From the NCBI GenBank assembly GCA_032718475.1, contig JAUCBJ010001904.1, positions 1-36,088 of the forward strand: 36,088 nucleotides of DNA. Direction: 5' to 3'. Made by a program: the position numbers and the translations under genes. Each line of letters starts with the position of its first letter. The first letter of the stretch is position 1. Under the pieces are notes generated by a model. It worked only from the letters and a program-made list of their open reading frames with translations. It did not search any database and was not told the DNA's origin. Below are positions 31,046 to 36,088 of this stretch, piece by piece. The DNA comes from Nemertoderma westbladi. Its lineage: Eukaryota > Animalia > Xenacoelomorpha.

Positions 31046-32151
31046 ATGGTTATAACATAAAACTGTATTTGTTTTTATGTAGAGCAATGCGTAATTTTAT
31101 TCCACAAAGTTGCCTTTTCTTTTATAGCAGGTAAATTGCAATAATTAGTGCATTATAGGCGTACCTAAACGTGCGCTATTTTTTTGAAAATTAACAACTT
31201 GAGTTTGTTACATTATGTCGATGTGGTGATATCCTCGTAACGCAGCTAAGTAATAATCACTAACTTAGTAACAATAAACTTCTATAACAAATATTGATAG
31301 TATTTCCCATTACTGATAACCATTGATTGTAGGCGAAGTGTAAGTTTAGTTGATGCACCAACTGCAATTAATTGCATAAAAAGGATATGAATTTCATTAA
31401 TATTCCTAAACATTACAATATTAACGCTAATAATTAAGCATTCAGAACGCCCTTAAATTGACATAATTTAACAAAATGGCCAACATCATTTTGTGAAAAG
31501 GGCACTGTCAACGTTTATGAATGAATGACCCTTGTATATTTATGTAAACATCCCTCGCCACCCTCGCTCGGTACATAAATACTGCTTATGTGAAACCTTT
31601 CGCACAATCATGTAAAATAGTTATTGTTTCACTTTTATCAATTTACAATATTTGCAGGAAAAATGATACAATTCAATCATTATTCGTGTAACATCAGTTA
31701 TAAATCGGTAAAATATGAAAGTTCGTTTACATAAATCAATACGTCGGTTTTTCTGACTTTTATTGTCTGCTATATTTTAATTTTTTTTACCTATTATCAA
31801 TAATGTTTTTTACTTTCTCTCGTGTTATTTTAATTTTCGCTGGTTAGTCAATCACACTTATATTCAATTTGTACCAAGTACTAAATGATTGTAAGACTGA
31901 AAATACCCTAATACGCTAATACGATAACTCGCCGAATGTTGATTGCGAATACCCCTCCGTTTCGCAAATAACAATAACCAATTTCACATCGAACATTTAA
32001 AAATAAAACCGTTTGTATAAACTCCGGGAGCGCTTAAGTCCTAACTTATACTTTCTTTTAAAAGTACTTTATACAAAGTCCTAACCCGATAATTTTGTAT
32101 TGTCATGGAAACCTAATGGTTTCTTATGGACATTGACAACTAGTCTAATGA

Positions 32152-33070
32152 AGCATATGTGTGGCGTCACATAGAAAGGGTTCAATCATGGAATACTAAA
32201 TATATTTATTAAATAAATAATAAATGTATATTTAGTATTCCATGGTTCAATCCTCAGAAAAGTGATTTTGCAAAAACGTGTTTAAAAATTTTTTTTTTCG
32301 AAAACTCCTTTTTCAGAAAAATACACTTAAAAGATGTCGAAATTAAAATTTTTTTTTTTTAAATGTTCTACTTTTTGAGATGAATTAAAAAACCGACATA
32401 TCAAAACAGCACGTGTTACTCAGGACGAGCTATATTAATGCAAAATTGAAGTTTCATTTATAAAATAATTTTAAGTATAAAACTACCATGCAATATTATG
32501 TGACATGTAACCCATCACAGCGTCACTACTTCTTTTCTACTTCTACTTCTCTCAAGCACCACCAAGAGGATCCCTTGTAAATGATTTTAATCAGTTCAAA
32601 AAACAAGCCATGGAATAGTTGCATCTGTTTAAAAATGTCACCATTGGATTCAGTGGCTTCGAAAAAACACACACACAAAAAATAGCTATCAAACTAGCCC
32701 TTTTGGAAAATTTAAAAATTTGGTTCTTTGATGAAAAGTGCTAGTAGTGAAAAAAACAAGTCAGGCATTGGTTGCATCAGTTCAAAAATATTACCATCGG
32801 ATTCAGCGGCTTCGAAAACCCACATACACAAAAAAGCGCTATCAAACTAGCCGTTTTAAAAAATTATAAAATTTAAACACATTTTTGGTTTTCTCAGACG
32901 AAAAGTACTAGTTGTATTTATTTTGCCAATATTTCGAAAACGACAAAAGATGGCGAGTTGCGGTTTTCAGTTTCAGATTCTCCGTTAAATTTCGTACCAG
33001 AATCGTTAAAAAAGTGAAAATCGATTTTTTTGGTATTTGAACCCTTTCTATGTGACGCCACACATATGCT
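32152..33070. mobile_element. ~920-bp non-autonomous DNA transposon (MITE) with 34-bp perfect terminal inverted repeats
   Basis: agcatatgtgtggcgtcacatagaaagggttcaa (32152-32185) / ttgaaccctttctatgtgacgccacacatatgct (33037-33070); internal ~150-bp tandem duplication around 32620-32910. Confidence 0.85.
32187..32244. mobile_element. 58-bp palindromic insertion with a 7-bp target-site duplication
   Basis: catggaatactaaatata...tatatttagtattccatg, flanked by gttcaat at 32180-32186 and 32245-32251. Confidence 0.7.
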
Positions 33071-34040
33071 AACCGAAATTTATTCCCAGACTGAAACGAA
33101 TAAGAATGGTGAAATGGAAAACTTACACATAGATAGACAATCGTTATTAGAATATTTCCTCGTTTAGTCTATTGTTGAGATACAATAAAAAAAAATAAAA
33201 CGCAAACTCAAACTGTAGCAAATTTAATTTGGGTTGTAAATTGGTGAAATTAGTTAGTGAAACAATAAATATAATATGCGTCGGATTAATAATTAACAAT
33301 TGTTAAAATTCAAAACAAATTAAAATTCACTATAATGATAGGCTGCTCACAGAGTAACTTAAACCCACATAAATAATTCCCTGAGTGAATTCTAACCGCG
33401 TAGGAAAATTTAATATAAAAATGTTATTTATGCGATCATTTTGGTAATTTTTATCTTATGAAAAGATAATGAAAGGAGTCATAGTGAAATTATCATATTC
33501 AAGCAACGTTTCAAAACCAATCCGGATAATTCTAAAGTGCCGGGGGAAAATAAATTAACACAGTCCAAGAATTGGAGCCGCACCTAACTAATATATCGTG
33601 GACACTGATAAAACACAAGATATACTGTATAATAATAATTATGAGGAAAAATATGAAGCATTATAGTTGCATCATTAACTGAAATATGACTCATCTCGTT
33701 GCACTGATTCAAATGAATAGCCTTGAATTATTATAGGAGCCACGGCAATTTTTATATTTTGTATCTCTTAGAATTTTCCCAGGAGTCTTTTTCCCAAGTT
33801 TTGTTTTGAATCCGTTACTGTAAAATGATCCATTACCAAATTTAATATAACATTCCCTTGCAATAAATAGACCTATAAACTGATCTGAAGTTTTCAAAAC
33901 CACGTTTCATATCGTCACTACTGTAATCTTTGACAAGTTTTTCTGATAAATGAAAAATCAGGTATCCCGAATGCCAAAATAGGGATCACGAGACGAATTA
34001 CAGAAATGCTGAATGCTGATATACTTAGTTAGTAGGCCTA

Positions 34041-34346
34041 CAACATGAATAAACCATGCAGTTAGGTGTATAATAATACTGTTCAGGTTTGCAGTTAGCT
34101 CAACATTAAATAGACCATGCAGTTAGGTGTATAATAATACTGTTCGGGTTTGCAGTTAGCTCAACATTAAATAGACCATGCAATTAGGTGTATAATAATA
34201 CTGTTCGGGTTTGCAGTTAGCTCAACATTAAATAGACCATGCAGTTAGGTGTATAATAATACTGTTCGGGTTTGCAGTTAGCACAACATTAATTAGACCA
34301 TGCAGTTAGGTGTATAATAATACTGTTCGGGTTTGCAGTTAGCTCA
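34041..34346. repeat. 61-bp tandem repeat x~5
   Basis: ccatgcagttaggtgtataataatactgttcgggtttgcagttagctcaacattaaataga; period 61. Confidence 0.93.
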
Positions 34347-34348
34347 GC

Positions 34349-34422
34349 AGAAGCCGAACCGAACCGAAATTGCCAATCTTCGGCTCGAACCGAACCGAAG
34401 CCGAAGCTTCTGTTGAGCCCTA
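34349..34422. mobile_element. hAT-like transposon terminus
   Basis: Clustered CCGAA subterminal repeats ending in gttgagcccta (reverse complement TAGGGCTCAAC). A TAGGG start with CCGAA arrays is typical of hAT ends. No partner end found. Confidence 0.5.
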
Positions 34423-34589
34423 GTACTGACACAATACATTGTTAAAACCATAGAGCCCTTAAAATAAAATAAACTACTGTAAAGTGTCTTGTGATCTCGG
34501 GTTTAAGAATGTTTGGGTAAAATATATAATGCAGGTACTTGTATTTTTTCTACACTTTGTGCTTTTTTTCTGATATCAATACAGTTAAT

Positions 34590-35438
34590 AATTAAAGGTT
34601 AAGCAGTACGCGGTTGTAGAAGCTGTTCCAGAAGTTAATTGTCTAACTTTGTCGCCAGCTGATATTGCTTTACAGTCTTGGGTTGTTGATTATTATAAAT
34701 CAAGACTAAACAAGGATTCGTCAGAATGGTTTATTGCGAAGGTGGTTGCAGTCTGTGATGATTCTTACAGTGTGAGCGGTTTGGAGAGGGTTAATCATAA
34801 ATTTAATGATTTGTGGAAGATTCCAGCGGGGGAAGATGTCTTTATTCCTGAATGTCAAGTGATATTGGCTGTGTTCAATAGCTCCCCAGCTGAAGCGAGA
34901 GGGCTAAAAAATTTAAAACTATTGTTTATCTGTGGACAGAGTCGCAGGTGTATAGTATATTGAAGTATATTGAAAAACTATTGAAGTATTGAATTTGCCC
35001 ATTATTATAGTGAAATTTGAATGCAATTTTTGTTATAAACATGTTTTTATGTCCCTGAATTCCATTAATTTTTCAGTCGCGGATGAAATGAAATTTAAAA
35101 TATTTCACAAGAAAACATTAAAAATTCAAATTTTTGATGACATTTTCGGATTCAGCACATAAAATTACCCCCATAACAAAATTTACACCACATACAGAGC
35201 AATTTGAATTGGATTTTTTAAAATTAGGGCGTAAAAAATAATGTTGCGAATGTGTGCGGTCATGCGAAAACTTGAATTTTTCAAATAGTCATATCTTGAC
35301 TTCTACTCAATATTTCTGAGAAATGTTTTTTTTTGTTCTTCATATCTTAAACCCATCATCAATCTCTCCAAAAATTAGACTGATCCAAGACATAGTGGTT
35401 TTTAACATTGGTCGTTTTGATATGGACTGACCCGCATA
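34590..35438 (+). mobile_element. 3' remnant of a DNA transposon (transposase C-terminal-like fragment plus terminus)
   Basis: WVVDYY...WFIAKVVAV...YSVSGL...WKIP..ED...IL resembles the beta-rich C-terminal module of several invertebrate transposases. It is followed by AT-rich subterminal DNA ending ...ttttgatatggactgaccc. Superfamily not assignable. Confidence 0.4.
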
Positions 35439-35670
35439 CAATACAGTATACTTAGTAGTTTAACGAGTTTCAGAGCAGCAGATGTGCTCTAATACAAAGG
35501 TATTTTTTTAAAACCTTAATTAGCAGCCCGGTTTACCTCAATAGCATGGTAAAATGGGCTTCTTATTGGTAAACATAGGGTGGCCCAATTTTCCCATCCA
35601 GTGGGCTAAAATGGGCCATCGTGAGAGAAAAAAAAACGCTTCATTTTCATATTGACAAAAATACTTTCAG

Positions 35671-36088
35671 AACTTGTTCATTACCTTACAGCATAGTGTA
35701 ACAGATCAATGGATAATGCCTATTGTAACAAGTGCTGATGTACATATCACTGAATATGAAATCAACCTCTCTGATTAAAAAAAAGGGTGGCACATCTGTC
35801 GTCGTACCCAGGAGACAGACTCTGGTTATGAAATCTTCCACTTATCCCACACCCACAGTACCACAGTAAGTATTCTCTTATTATGAACTGTTAACTGCAA
35901 TTATTATAAAATTTACCGGTATGTGATGTCTATAATATATCTACATCCATATTGTAATATTGTATTTGTCATATATGTGTGTATATCCCATATACTTGGC
36001 TGCAGGGGTATATGGCCTGACCAGGCAGATGGTGATCTACCAATGGCTGGTCAGGAGTAGAGTGTTCTCATGTCCACTCTGAGAGCAC
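35671..36088 (+). pseudogene. Possible fibronectin type III pseudo-exons (35671-35865, 36006-end)
   Basis: ctttcag|NLFITLQHSVTDQWIMP...HITEYEINLSD*KKGW...YEIFH/LIPHPQYH|gtaagt shows the FN3 pattern W-xx-P...I-xx-Y...L-x-P-xxx-Y but has stops and a frameshift. Confidence 0.35.

Larger units (their letters stand above)
31905..33265 (+). repeat. Dispersed repeat, copy B, split by a MITE
   Basis: The first half (31905-32136) and second half (33109-33265) are colinear with copy A. Confidence 0.7.

Noticed and set aside
33600-33945. Minus-strand exon-like stretch (KDYSSDDMKRG...)
   Set aside because: Several stops and frameshifts and no recognisable domain.

Overview
Eukaryotic, animal-like genomic DNA: AT-rich, GT-AG introns, many repeats. 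It holds two convergent genes. (1) An FKBP15 orthologue on +, 5'-partial, with 11 exons from 69 to 17981 (1295 codons in the window). (2) A three-exon MYO1D-like class I myosin on - (24134..20421, about 1047 aa). Its reading frame is intact but the P-loop, switch I and switch II are altered, the switches resembling catalytically dead myosin-18. The most striking structure is a ~5 kb, ~135-copy, 37-bp satellite in the FKBP15 intron at 187-7458. Its unit is that intron's own 3' splice site plus the first 22 nt of the next exon, and only the last copy gives an in-frame FKBP domain. Other content: a CRE-like non-LTR retrotransposon remnant with a 45-bp coding segment amplified ~48x; a MITE-like element with a tRNA-derived core; a DINE-1/HINE-like element with two CTCF-like motifs; ~670-bp inverted arms around a minisatellite; a decayed OTU-protease ORF (possibly Helitron-derived); nested MITEs; hAT and other DNA-transposon remnants; and a possible FN3 pseudogene fragment. 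Homology calls come from remembered motifs, not database searches. Copy numbers are span divided by unit length.
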